Of a stretch of 64,000 nt of DNA, positions 38,407-48,271 are shown in pieces. Position 1 is the first letter of the stretch. Each line of letters starts with the position of its first letter. The stretch lies in NCBI GenBank assembly GCA_963718665.1, contig OY970359.1:1888001-1952000 (forward strand). The letters run 5' to 3'. The position numbers were made by a program, and so were the translations under genes. This DNA comes from an uncultured Phycisphaerales bacterium (GTDB lineage: Bacteria; Planctomycetota; Phycisphaerae; Sedimentisphaerales; Anaerobacaceae). A model generated the notes under the pieces. The model had not been told where the DNA came from, did no database searches, and worked only from the letters and a program-made list of their open reading frames with translations.

Positions 38407-39039
38407 ATGTTCCCGAAAAAGAAAGATAACTCGAAAGAAGAACAACAGCAGGCCCCTTCGACAAGCTCAGGGCAGGCAGCACCGCAGGAGCAGCCAAAGG
38501 CCGAACAGATTGCGCAGGATATGCAGGAACTGCAAAAACAACTGGAAGGGCTTCGCAAGGAAAAAGATGACATCTTCGCCAAATTGCAGCGAGTAGCGGC
38601 GGATTACGATAATTACCAGAAACGCTCGACTAAACAGACAACGGAAGCCGTCGCACACGAAACGGAAAAGATAATTAAGACGTTGCTGCCGGTAATGGAT
38701 GACTTCGAACGTGTCCTGGTCAACGCCCAATGCAGCGAAAACGCAGACGCAGTCATAAAGGGAATCGGCATCGTATATGAGCACCTCAAAGGAATCCTGC
38801 GTTTGGAGGGTGTCGAACAAATTGATGCGGCGGGAGAAAAATTTGATCCCGTTCGTCACCAGGCGCTGACGCAGCGAACCGAGCAGGACAAGGAAAACGG
38901 CATTGTTCTGGAAGAATTGCAAAAAGGATATAAGCTCAACGGCAGGGTGATTCGCGCAAGCAGGGTAGTCATAAACAAAACGCCAGCAACACAGATGTCG
39001 CCGCAACCGGAAGAGCCGGAAACAAAGGACACGCAGTAG
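38407..39039 (+). CDS. grpE: Nucleotide exchange factor GrpE
   Basis: ADYDNYQKR, LLPVMDDFER, FDPVRHQA, KGYKLNGRVIR. Confidence 0.94.
   Translation: MFPKKKDNSKEEQQQAPSTSSGQAAPQEQPKAEQIAQDMQELQKQLEGLRKEKDDIFAKLQRVAADYDNYQKRSTKQTTEAVAHETEKIIKTLLPVMDDFERVLVNAQCSENADAVIKGIGIVYEHLKGILRLEGVEQIDAAGEKFDPVRHQALTQRTEQDKENGIVLEELQKGYKLNGRVIRASRVVINKTPATQMSPQPEEPETKDTQ
38454..38477 (+). repeat. REP-like palindromic element in frame inside grpE
   Basis: CCCTTCGACAAGCTCAGGGCAGGC, read as PSTSSGQA in the disordered N-terminus. Confidence 0.65.
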
Positions 39040-39041
39040 TT

Positions 39042-39356
39042 ATGCCTACTTACGAATATAAATGCGATAAATGCGACCACCACTTCGAACAAATGCAAAG
39101 CATCACCTCCAAACCGCTGCGAAAATGCCCGAAGTGCGGCAAATCCGCCCTCAGACGGCTCATCGGCACAGGCGCAGGACTTATCTTCAAAGGCAGCGGC
39201 TTTTACGCCACCGATTACAGAAGCGAAAACTACAAGGAATCGGCAAAAAAAGAAAAGCCAGAAAAAACCAGCGAGAAAAAAGAAACGACTACAACACCGG
39301 CCTCAGGCGAAAGCTCAAAATCGAAACCTAAAAAAATAAAACCATCACCCGCATAG
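39042..39356 (+). CDS. FmdB-family zinc ribbon protein
   Basis: MPTYEYKCDKC...CPKCG...FKGSGFYATDY. Confidence 0.9.
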   Translation: MPTYEYKCDKCDHHFEQMQSITSKPLRKCPKCGKSALRRLIGTGAGLIFKGSGFYATDYRSENYKESAKKEKPEKTSEKKETTTTPASGESSKSKPKKIKPSPA

Positions 39357-40517
39357 CCGACGGTAAACGGCTTCGATAGTATCGACCATTGTATCGGGAC
39401 TGAATTTTTCCCTCACAAATTCTCGGCCGTTAGCACCAAGTTTTTCGCGAAGGGCTTTATCCTGAATTAATTCCGCACAGGCGGCAGTCAGTTGCTCGAC
39501 ATTTTCCGGCGCAATCAGCCGGCCCGTATTCTCATTGACGGCCTCTCTTGCTCCGTCGAGGTCGAAACATATCGCGGGCCTGCCGCAGAGCATTGCCTGC
39601 GGAAGCGTCCGGGCAAGACCTTCTCGCAGCGAGCAGTGAACAAGAATATCGGATGATTGCAAAACTGTCGGCATCATATTCGGCGACAGCAAACCGGTGA
39701 ATCTGAACCTGTGACCAAGACCCAGCCCGTCAACCCGCTTTTTGTATTTGTCTGCCCAAATACCATCGCCGACGAACAGCCAGATTACATTCGGGAATTT
39801 ATCTGCCAACGTCTTCGCGGATTCGATTATGAATTCGTGGCCCTTTAGGTAAAACAGCCGGGCGATAGTTACAAGCACAATAGAATCTTCCGGTATGGCG
39901 TATTCCTGCCTGAACTGGTTTTTATCCTCATCGGAAATCGGCCAAAGAAAATCGTCTTCCTCAATTGCGGAATATGCAGTTGCATACTTGTCGGGCGAAC
40001 CAATACCCACGGCAAGCGATTGATTTGTCATCGCGTCAGCTACGCTTATAAAAAAGTCGGTGCGTTTGGCTGCGGCTTTTTCGACTGCAATATAAAACCT
40101 GTTGAGCATCGCGATTTGATAAGGATGAAAAGCCAAACCATGAACACCGTGAACAACCTTAGGCAAATCAACTCCCCATTTACCCTTAAGCGAATGCGCC
40201 GCGTATCGACCCAGAATGCCCGCCTTGGCGGAATGAGTATGAACAATCTGGGGTTTCAATTCCCGCAGGACGTCTTTGATTTGAAAATATGCCGGTATGT
40301 CGTAATGTGGGTTAATCTGGCGTCGCAGGTCGTTAAGGATGATGAAATTAAATTTTTGATTTTGTGCAAACTCATACAAATCTCCCTCCGGCCCAAGCGC
40401 AGGCCCTGTTACAAGCGTAACATCATGCCCCCGCTCGGCAAGCAGCTTGCAGGTAATCAGCGTATTCTCCTGTGCGCCGCCTAAAATCAACCTGGTTATG
40501 ATATGAACTATCTTCAA
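39345..40517 (-). CDS. Glycosyltransferase family 4
   Basis: HIITRLILGGAQ, HTHSAKAG, EGLARTLPQAM; TTG 40517 overlaps the truA stop. Confidence 0.9.
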   Translation of the reverse strand: MKIVHIITRLILGGAQENTLITCKLLAERGHDVTLVTGPALGPEGDLYEFAQNQKFNFIILNDLRRQINPHYDIPAYFQIKDVLRELKPQIVHTHSAKAGILGRYAAHSLKGKWGVDLPKVVHGVHGLAFHPYQIAMLNRFYIAVEKAAAKRTDFFISVADAMTNQSLAVGIGSPDKYATAYSAIEEDDFLWPISDEDKNQFRQEYAIPEDSIVLVTIARLFYLKGHEFIIESAKTLADKFPNVIWLFVGDGIWADKYKKRVDGLGLGHRFRFTGLLSPNMMPTVLQSSDILVHCSLREGLARTLPQAMLCGRPAICFDLDGAREAVNENTGRLIAPENVEQLTAACAELIQDKALREKLGANGREFVREKFSPDTMVDTIEAVYRRLCG

Positions 40518-41299
40518 TATCGAATCCACATCAAGCAAAGACCTTCGGGCGGGGCGATGGGGCCAGCTGCCCGGCGGTTTTTTGCCTCGATGATTTCCGG
40601 TATTTTCTCCGGCTTCATCCTGCCCACGCCAACTTCGACAAGCGTCCCGACGATATTCCTTACCATATTATAAAGGAAACGGTCGCCTTCGACATCGATA
40701 AATACCCAGTCATCGCCCATAATTGGTTTATCGCTCGGGTCTTGAGGCGGAAACTTCGATGAATATACCTCACAGCGAAAAATCGTGCGGATTGAATCGG
40801 TGCGGTGGTCGTCCGCTGTGGCGAATGACTTGAAATCCTGTTTGCCCAGCAGTAATTTGGCCGCTTGGTTCATAAGGGCAATATCGAGTTTCGCATCAGC
40901 AAGGTGCCAGCAGTGATGAATTTCGAAAACGGGCCTCGCCTGGCCTGTGAAAATGGAATAACGGTAGAGTTTGCGCTTCGGGTCGCCTATGACGTTGAAA
41001 CCCATAGGGATGTCAACCGCCTCAACTACGGCGATATCCGGGGGCAATCGGTCGGTGATTGCCTTGGCAAGATTTTTTGTGGGGATAGGCGAATCGATTT
41101 GAATTAACGCGACCTGGCCTTTTGCGCTTACGCCCGCGTCGGTTCTCGATGCGGCCGTTATCCTCGTCCGCCAGCCGAGCAATTCGCTTACCGCGTTGGC
41201 AAGCTCCGCCTGTATGGTTCTTTTGCCGGGCTGTATTTGCCAGCCGTGATAGCTCGTGCCGTCGTATGATATCGTTAGTTTTACGTTACGCAGTGCCAT
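40514..41299 (-). CDS. truA: tRNA pseudouridine(38-40) synthase
   Basis: YDGTSYHGWQ, SRTDAGVSA, FLYNMVRNIVG, APPEGL. Confidence 0.95.
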   Translation of the reverse strand: MALRNVKLTISYDGTSYHGWQIQPGKRTIQAELANAVSELLGWRTRITAASRTDAGVSAKGQVALIQIDSPIPTKNLAKAITDRLPPDIAVVEAVDIPMGFNVIGDPKRKLYRYSIFTGQARPVFEIHHCWHLADAKLDIALMNQAAKLLLGKQDFKSFATADDHRTDSIRTIFRCEVYSSKFPPQDPSDKPIMGDDWVFIDVEGDRFLYNMVRNIVGTLVEVGVGRMKPEKIPEIIEAKNRRAAGPIAPPEGLCLMWIRY

Positions 41300-41310
41300 A
41301 GTAGGAATAA

Positions 41311-41340
41311 AAAAGCCCCCGGTATTACCCAGGGGCTTTC
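41311..41340. terminator. Terminator hairpin between asd and truA
   Basis: AAAAGCCCC CGGTATTACCCA GGGGCTTT, with a T-run on the minus strand. Confidence 0.6.
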
Positions 41341-41354
41341 GTAAAATCTCCTGA

Positions 41355-42356
41355 TTACAGCAATTTTTCAGCGATTTGAATCGCGTTGAGCGCTGCGCCT
41401 TTGCGAAGCTGGTCGCCCGCCACCCAGATGTTTATGCCGCGATTTTCCGGTATCGAGAAATCCTGCCTTATTCTGCCAACGAATACGTCGTCCTTGCCGG
41501 TTGCGTCGATGGGCATTGGGAAACGATTATGCTCACGGTCGTCCATAAGCGAAACGCCCGGCGCATCTTTGAGGATATCTCTGACCTCATCGGGCGTAAT
41601 CGGGTCGGTGAACTCAAGGTTGATGCTCTCACTGTGCGCCCTGAAAACCGCCACGCGAATACAGGTCGCGGTAACCGCGATATCCTGGCAATCGAATATC
41701 TTCCTGGTCTCGTTGACCATTTTGACTTCTTCCTGGTTATAGCCGGTAGAGTCCAGCGCAGAATTGTGACTGAACACATTGAAGGCAAGCTGATAAGGCA
41801 ACACTTTAATCGTCGGCTTTTTGCCTGCCAGTATCTCGCGTGTCTGCTGCTCAAGCTCCAGCATCGCCGCCTGCCCCGCGCCGCTTGCTGCCTGGTAGGT
41901 GCTGACAACCATACGTTTTACCGGGTTTGCCTTGTGCAAAGGCCATACCGGAACGATGCCGATAATCGTCGAACAGTTCGGATTAGCGATTATGCCCTTA
42001 TGCTCCTTGATTTTCTGCGGGTTAATCTCCGGGATAACCAGAGGAACATCAGGGACCATTCTGAACGCCGAGGAGTTATCAACAACAACCGCGCCCGCCT
42101 TCACCGCCGCCGGTGCGAAGGTCTTGCTTCGGTCGGCTCCTGCGCTGAATAACGCTATATCGACCCGGTCGAAACTCTTGTCTGTCATCTGCTCAACGAC
42201 GTATTCCTTACCCTTGAACTGGATTGTCTTGCCCGCGGACCTGCTGCTCGCCAGCATCTTTATAGAATCAAAGGGAAAATCCCTTTCTTCGATAATACTC
42301 AAAAACTCCTGCCCGACCGCGCCGGTCACGCCTGCTATTGCCACATTACAACCCAT
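41355..42356 (-). CDS. asd: Aspartate-semialdehyde dehydrogenase
   Basis: GVTGAVG, DNSSAFRM, ANPNCST, TYQAASGAG, DQLRKGAALNA. Confidence 0.96.
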   Translation of the reverse strand: MGCNVAIAGVTGAVGQEFLSIIEERDFPFDSIKMLASSRSAGKTIQFKGKEYVVEQMTDKSFDRVDIALFSAGADRSKTFAPAAVKAGAVVVDNSSAFRMVPDVPLVIPEINPQKIKEHKGIIANPNCSTIIGIVPVWPLHKANPVKRMVVSTYQAASGAGQAAMLELEQQTREILAGKKPTIKVLPYQLAFNVFSHNSALDSTGYNQEEVKMVNETRKIFDCQDIAVTATCIRVAVFRAHSESINLEFTDPITPDEVRDILKDAPGVSLMDDREHNRFPMPIDATGKDDVFVGRIRQDFSIPENRGINIWVAGDQLRKGAALNAIQIAEKLL

Positions 42357-42552
42357 ACGAATACTCCTTAAATTCTCACAAAAAAGGCAGCTGAATAAAG
42401 CTGCCTCGCCATTTCATCAAGTCCAGACGAATTCTGTATTTTAATAACGTTATTAGCAAAAAGCAAGAGGTTTTGGCTTCGGATTTTAGCCCCGCCACTC
42501 TCACTGAAGCCCTTATCTAAGGCGAATGGCGGGGTTTGTTACGATGGTGTTT

Positions 42553-43782
42553 TTAACGTCTTCGCCGTACCATATGGCGCCTTTTGCTCATAGTCGAGAA
42601 TCTGCCCCTGTGCAGCCCCGGCTGTACTTTCGGCATCTCTATTTTGATGTGAACATAGGTAAAGCCGGGACATTCAATGGGAGTGATATCCCGCCCGATG
42701 AATCTTTCAATCTGTCGAAGCTGCTTATGTTCCTCACTTGAAACAAAGGTAATCGCGTCGCCCATCGCCTCGGCCCGGCCAGTCCGCCCGATGCGGTGAA
42801 TATAATCCTCCGGCATGCCGGGCACGTCAAAATTAATGACGTGCGATATCCCCGTAACGTCGATGCCGCGTGCCGCGATATCCGTCGCCACCATAACGCG
42901 ATAATCCCCGTTTTTAAAGCCATCCAGCGCACGCTGTCGCTGGCTCTGCGTTCGGCCTGAGTGTATCGCCACCGACTCGACATTCGCCCGCTCAAGCTGC
43001 CGGTTAATCCTGTCCGCGCCGTGCTTGGTGCGCGAAAATATCAGCACGCTCGACATATTCCCATTTTGCAGCAGATGCAAAAGAAGCCCTATTTTCCGGT
43101 CCTTCTCAACCATATAAATATGCTGTTTGATTGTTTCTATGGGGTTGCGGGGCCTGCCGACCTGAATCATTACGGGCGACCTCTGCACGCCCGCCGCAAG
43201 ATTGCTTATCTCAGGCGTTACCGTCGCCGAGAAAAGCATTGTCTGGCGATTTGTGGGCACGGCTGAAATGATTCTCCGTACGTCCCGGATGAAACCCATA
43301 TCGAACATCCGGTCCGCCTCATCCAGAACCAGCACTTCTATTTGCCGCAGGTCAATAGTCCGCCGATTCATATGGTCCAGCAGCCGGCCGGGTGTCGCGA
43401 CAACAATATCAACGCCCTGGCGAAGCGCGCTGAACTGCCCATTGATATTCACGCCGCCATACACCGCTAATGTCCGCAAATGCAAAAAACGCCCGTAATC
43501 GCGTATCGATTGCTCGATTTGCACCGCCAACTCTCGCGTCGGCGTCAAAATCAGCGCGCGAACAACTTTCTTTCTGCCCGCCTGCTCGTGGCTTAGCCGG
43601 TTCAAAATGGGCAAAACAAACGCCGCTGTCTTGCCCGTGCCCGTCTGAGCGCAGCCGATAATGTCTTTGCCCGCAACCGCCGCAGGGATCGCCTTCGTCT
43701 GAATTTCCGTCGGGGCCGTGTAGCCCGTGGCCAGAATACCCTTCACTAAAGGGTCGGCCAGTCCAAATGTCTTAAATGGCAT
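42553..43782 (-). CDS. DEAD-box RNA helicase (RhlE-like)
   Basis: AQTGTGKT, PTRELA, DEAD, SAT, HRIGRTGR. Confidence 0.95.
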   Translation of the reverse strand: MPFKTFGLADPLVKGILATGYTAPTEIQTKAIPAAVAGKDIIGCAQTGTGKTAAFVLPILNRLSHEQAGRKKVVRALILTPTRELAVQIEQSIRDYGRFLHLRTLAVYGGVNINGQFSALRQGVDIVVATPGRLLDHMNRRTIDLRQIEVLVLDEADRMFDMGFIRDVRRIISAVPTNRQTMLFSATVTPEISNLAAGVQRSPVMIQVGRPRNPIETIKQHIYMVEKDRKIGLLLHLLQNGNMSSVLIFSRTKHGADRINRQLERANVESVAIHSGRTQSQRQRALDGFKNGDYRVMVATDIAARGIDVTGISHVINFDVPGMPEDYIHRIGRTGRAEAMGDAITFVSSEEHKQLRQIERFIGRDITPIECPGFTYVHIKIEMPKVQPGLHRGRFSTMSKRRHMVRRRR

Positions 43783-43832
43783 CAGTTAATCCTAAAAAAA
43801 TATTGTTTTCTGCCCGCCATTTCGACCTTAAT

Positions 43833-43921
43833 CCCGATTCATCGGGACACAATTGGTGCACGAAGGGAAATCTATTAGCAAAAAGATTCCTTGACTCGCC
43901 TTTGGCTCGCTCGAAATGACA
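43833..43921. repeat. Cluster of short REP-like palindromes
   Basis: CCCGATTCATCGGG and AGATTCCTTGACTCGCCTTTGGCTCGCTCGAAATGAC. Confidence 0.5.
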
Positions 43922-44040
43922 CCATACGATATGTATCACAACACGTCTGGATTGAGTCATATTTCCGGCATTATACCACATCACCCATAAAACAGAAGAA
44001 CTATATTTAGCATGGCGTTTTAGCCAGGTTGTAAGTAATT

Positions 44041-44108
44041 CGATTATCTGTTGGAAATAGGACAGGTATGTGTAAAATCAGAAAGCAAGATAATCCGCAA
44101 TGTTGCGG
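44041..44108 (+). repeat. 68-bp direct repeat, copy A
   Basis: 59/68 identical by manual alignment to 44526-44593. Confidence 0.85.
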
Positions 44109-44136
44109 ACGAATATATTTTGAATTGGAGGCACTT

Positions 44137-44517
44137 ATGAAAATCCTTAATATATTCAGAATCGTCCTTGTCTTATGTGTCGGTCTGGTCATCTCTTTAT
44201 GTTTAGCCAATGGAGAAGCCCAACAAGCAAAGCCAAATCAAGAGCACACGGTTTGGGTTGAGAAGTGCCTGAGAGATTTTGAGTCCGTTAAGCCGGGCAT
44301 GACGAGAGGTGAGATAGAGAAGAAATTTCCGATGGATGGAGGTCTTCAGGTTGTATCACCAGTCCGATTTACGCATCCAGAGTGCGGTTATTTCAAAGTA
44401 GATGTTGAGTTTGATTTCAAGCATAATGAGAAAGATCAAAACAGGGCCATAATATCGCCAGATGACAAGGCCATGAAAATATCAAGGCCATATATTGAAA
44501 GGCCGATTATGGACTGA
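44137..44517 (+). CDS. Hypothetical secreted protein
   Basis: GGAGG RBS before ATG 44137; signal peptide; VKPGMTRGEIEK resembles the BamE/SmpA-like GMT motif. Confidence 0.7.
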   Translation: MKILNIFRIVLVLCVGLVISLCLANGEAQQAKPNQEHTVWVEKCLRDFESVKPGMTRGEIEKKFPMDGGLQVVSPVRFTHPECGYFKVDVEFDFKHNEKDQNRAIISPDDKAMKISRPYIERPIMD

Positions 44518-44525
44518 AGGCAATG

Positions 44526-44593
44526 CGATTATCTGTTGAAAACAGGACGGGTATGTGTAAAATCAACAAGCAATATAAGCCGCAATCCTGCGG
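44526..44593 (+). repeat. 68-bp direct repeat, copy B
   Basis: See copy A. Confidence 0.85.
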
Positions 44594-44623
44594 CCAAATC
44601 GATATTCAGTATCGGAGAGTCAA

Positions 44624-44839
44624 ATGACTAAAAGGTCTCGGTTTGGCATTTTGTCTATTGGATGCTTATCTATTGGTGTTATCTGGTTTTTTCTTGTCAT
44701 CGGCCTCTTTACCTCTAAAGGTGACCTGCCTCCCCTTATAGACATGATTGGAAAGATTTTATTTTGGGGTTTCCCTGTATGCTTACTGCTTATCGTTCTG
44801 GGAATCATCTTTTTGATTTTAGCAATTAGTAAAAAATAA
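44624..44839 (+). CDS. Hypothetical two-TM small membrane protein
   Basis: GGAG RBS; two hydrophobic segments. Confidence 0.6.
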   Translation: MTKRSRFGILSIGCLSIGVIWFFLVIGLFTSKGDLPPLIDMIGKILFWGFPVCLLLIVLGIIFLILAISKK

Positions 44840-44932
44840 GATGTTTGACGATTTGTTTAAACATACAGGCAAAGGCATCTCCTCATTTTTGCAAAGGGCT
44901 GATATTGTACTTTAGGTTTTCAAGGAGCAGGT

Positions 44933-45601
44933 ATGACAAATACAAGATGTGAAATTGGCCTCATATTTTTTGTGGGCATTTTTGTTCTGCCTGCTGTCAG
45001 TTTGGCGGAGAACCAATGGGAACCTGCCATAAAGGCATTTGAGGCACAGGATGCCAAAAAAAGCCCTCCTAAAGACGCCGTTTTATTTATTGGCAGCTCA
45101 AGCATTCGCTGGTGGCGCACAGACCAGTTATTTTCCGAATTTCCGGTAATTAACAGGGGATTCGGCGGCGCACAGACATCCGATATCAATTACTATTTGA
45201 ATCGCATCGTTATCCCCTATAAGCCGAAAGTTATTGTCTTCTATTGCGGGGGTAATGATTTAGGGCAAAAAACTCCTGAGCAGGTCTTCCAGGATTTCAA
45301 CTCATTTTATGTCTCTGTTCACAGCGCTTTGCCAAAAACACGCATCATTTATATGTCTCTTAAGCCGGGGCCCGCGAATTCGCGTAAACTAGATGATGAA
45401 GTGAATAACAAGGTCAAAACGTTTTGCGAAAAACAGGAGAATCTTTTTTATGTCGATGTCACCACAGGAATGTTGAACTCAAAAAGACTGCCTGATCCCA
45501 ATGACTATCAGAAAGACGGTGTTCATCTGACATATAGAGCGGATATAAAGTGGGCGGCACTGCTCAGGCCGACGCTGAGAAAAATATATAACCTTAAATA
45601 A
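44933..45601 (+). CDS. SGNH/GDSL-family esterase, secreted
   Basis: FIGSSSIRWW, INRGFGG, GGND, DGVH. Confidence 0.9.
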   Translation: MTNTRCEIGLIFFVGIFVLPAVSLAENQWEPAIKAFEAQDAKKSPPKDAVLFIGSSSIRWWRTDQLFSEFPVINRGFGGAQTSDINYYLNRIVIPYKPKVIVFYCGGNDLGQKTPEQVFQDFNSFYVSVHSALPKTRIIYMSLKPGPANSRKLDDEVNNKVKTFCEKQENLFYVDVTTGMLNSKRLPDPNDYQKDGVHLTYRADIKWAALLRPTLRKIYNLK

Positions 45602-45610
45602 GGAATTCTT

Positions 45611-48000
45611 ATGGCAAGGGTAAGATATGAAATCGGTCTTTTGTTTTTTGCAGGCATCTTATTTATTCTGACTGCTGTCGCACAGGCATCGGACGTAAAT
45701 ATAAATCCAGACCTGCTGACGAAACGCTGGCAGGCATCGTGGGTTTCACATCCGACGGCATCGCCGAAGGACTATGGCGTGTATCATTTCCGCAGGACCT
45801 TCGACCTCGAAACGCAACCGGAAAAATCTATCATTCACGTCTCGGCGGATAACCGTTATCGCCTTTTCGTCAACGGCCAAAGCGTCTGCCGCGGGCCTGC
45901 ACGGGGCGACCTTATGCACTGGCGATTCGAAACAGTCGATATCGCCCCTTACCTTGTAAAAGGCAAAAACGCAATCGCCGCTGTCGTCTGGAATTTCGGC
46001 GAATTTATCCCCGGAGCGCAGATGACTCTTCGCACGGCTTTTGTTCTTCAGGCCGACGACCCGAAATTAAACTTTGTCAACACCGACCAAAAATGGAAGG
46101 CCATTCAAGACCTCGCTTATTCACCTGTCGGCCCCTCCCTGAATTCTTTCAATTTTGTCGGCCCGGGCGAAAAAATAGTTGCGGATAAATACCCCTGGGG
46201 CTGGCAGCAGACGGATTTCAATGACAGCACTTGGCCTAAAGTTCGCCTGCTCAATAAAGCCGTGCCCCCCGGTGTCGCTACTGACAATTCATGGATGCTC
46301 GTGCCCCGAACAATCCCGCCGATGGAAGACAAATTGCAGCGAATCGACAAGGTTAGAAGAACAGCCGGCATGGACATCAACGATTTTTCCTTCAACGGCC
46401 AACAGAAACTGACGATTCCCCCCAACACAAAGGCGACAATTCTCTTCGACCAGACCTTTCTCACCACCGCCTATCCTGAACTTGCAGTCAGCGGAGGCAA
46501 GGACTCGCAAATTGTTTTAACCTACAGCGAAGCCCTCTTCGATTCCAAAATGCAAAAAGGCAACAGGGACGGAATAGAAGGCCGAAAAATCAATGGCTTC
46601 ACAGATACCTTCCTGCCCGATGGCGGCAACAATCGCCTCTTTAGCACGTTGTGGTTTCGGACATGGCGTTATCTCCAGATGGATATACGAACCAAAGACG
46701 CCCCCTTAACAATCAACGATTTCTACGGCAGATTCACCGCGTATCCATTCAAGGAAAACGCGTCTTTCAGCAGCAGCGACCCATCCATAAAAAATATCTG
46801 GGACGTCGGCTGGCGAACCGCGCGGCTTTGCGCAACGAAACATACTTCGATTGCCCCTACTACGAACAGCTCCAGTACGTCGGCGACACCCGTATCCAGA
46901 CGCTTATTTCGCTTTACGTCTCCGGCGATGACCGCCTTATGCGAAACGCCATTGCCGCCTATGACGACTCACGCATTCCCGACGGCCTGACGCAAAGCAG
47001 GTACCCATGCTCATCTATGCAGATTATCCCGCCTTATTCGCTGTTCTGGGTCGCTATGGTTCACGATTACTGGATGCACCGCGACGACCCCCAATTCGTC
47101 AAATCATATTTGATAGGCATCGACTCCGTCCTGAACTGGCACGAAAAATATATTGGTGCAAACGGAATGCTCGGCCCGCTCCCATGGTGGAATTTCGTTG
47201 ACTGGTCGTGGAAATGGGACAGCAAAAAAGATATTGGCGGCGTGCCCCCGAGCGACGACCGGGGTTGCTCTTCAATCCTTACGCTTCAATTTGTTTACGC
47301 CCTCAATTACGCCGCCCAATTGAATGATAATCTCGGCAGAAAGTATTTCGCCGACCATTACAGACAACTGGCCGATTCGCTCAAAAAATCCACCTACAAA
47401 CTTTGCTGGGACGACAAGCGAGGTCTATTGGCCGACACACCGGATAAAACCATTTTCAGCCAGCACGCCAATATCCTCGCCGTGCTCGTCGATTTAGTTG
47501 AACCCAACGAGCAGCAAACACTTATGGAAAAAGTGATTTCCGAAAAAGACCTTACCCAGTGCACGTTTTATTTCCGTTATTATCTTGTCCGGGCCATTAA
47601 AAAAGTCGGTCTCGGCGACCGCTATATCGAAATGCTCCAGCCTTGGCGAGATATGCTAAAAATCGGCCTTTCAACTTTCGCGGAAAATCCCGAGCCAACC
47701 CGCTCCGACTGCCACGCCTGGAGCGCAAGCCCCAATTATGATTTGCTGGCGACCGTCTGCGGAATAGAGCCGGCTGAACCGGGTTTCAAATCCGTCAGAA
47801 TCGAACCGCACCTTGGCCCTTTAACCTGGGTCGAGGGCAAAATGCCCCATCCGCTCGGACAAATTTCCGTCCGGTTTGAACGCGATGGAAAAACCGGTAT
47901 TAAAGGCAGCATAACTTTACCCCCGGGCCTGACTGGAAAATTTTTCTGGAACGGCAAATCAGCCGACCTGAAATCCGGCCTGCAAATGATTACTTTGTAA
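45611..48000 (+). pseudogene. Alpha-L-rhamnosidase-like GH78 with a -1 frameshift near 46833 (probably a sequencing error)
   Basis: SADNRYRL...GWRTARLCA then a frame change to ETYFDCPYYEQLQYVGD...RSDCHAWSASP; one base is missing at GC-AAC. Confidence 0.85.
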
Positions 48001-48271
48001 AATCCGGAACAAGGTATTACTCACTACAAAATCAACTGACTCATCCTCGGTTTTGAACTGGGCACAAACATGTTTGTCTGTGGCGAAAAAAAGGTCGGCT
48101 TTTTTGCTTACGTTACTTGTTGAGGAACTCTCAAGAAATGAGATACTACTCCCAAACTGGGGATGAGTCGTTTCAGCCGGGTTGATTTCCACAGGCAGGG
48201 GGGGTATAGTAAAGGGCTTAAAAAGCAGTTGCCGGGTTTAATGTCTTATTTGAGATTCAGAGGAGTCAGCT

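Noticed and set aside
46651..46835. Separate gene start for the second GH78 ORF
   Set aside because: Out-of-frame extension; homology begins only at the frameshift
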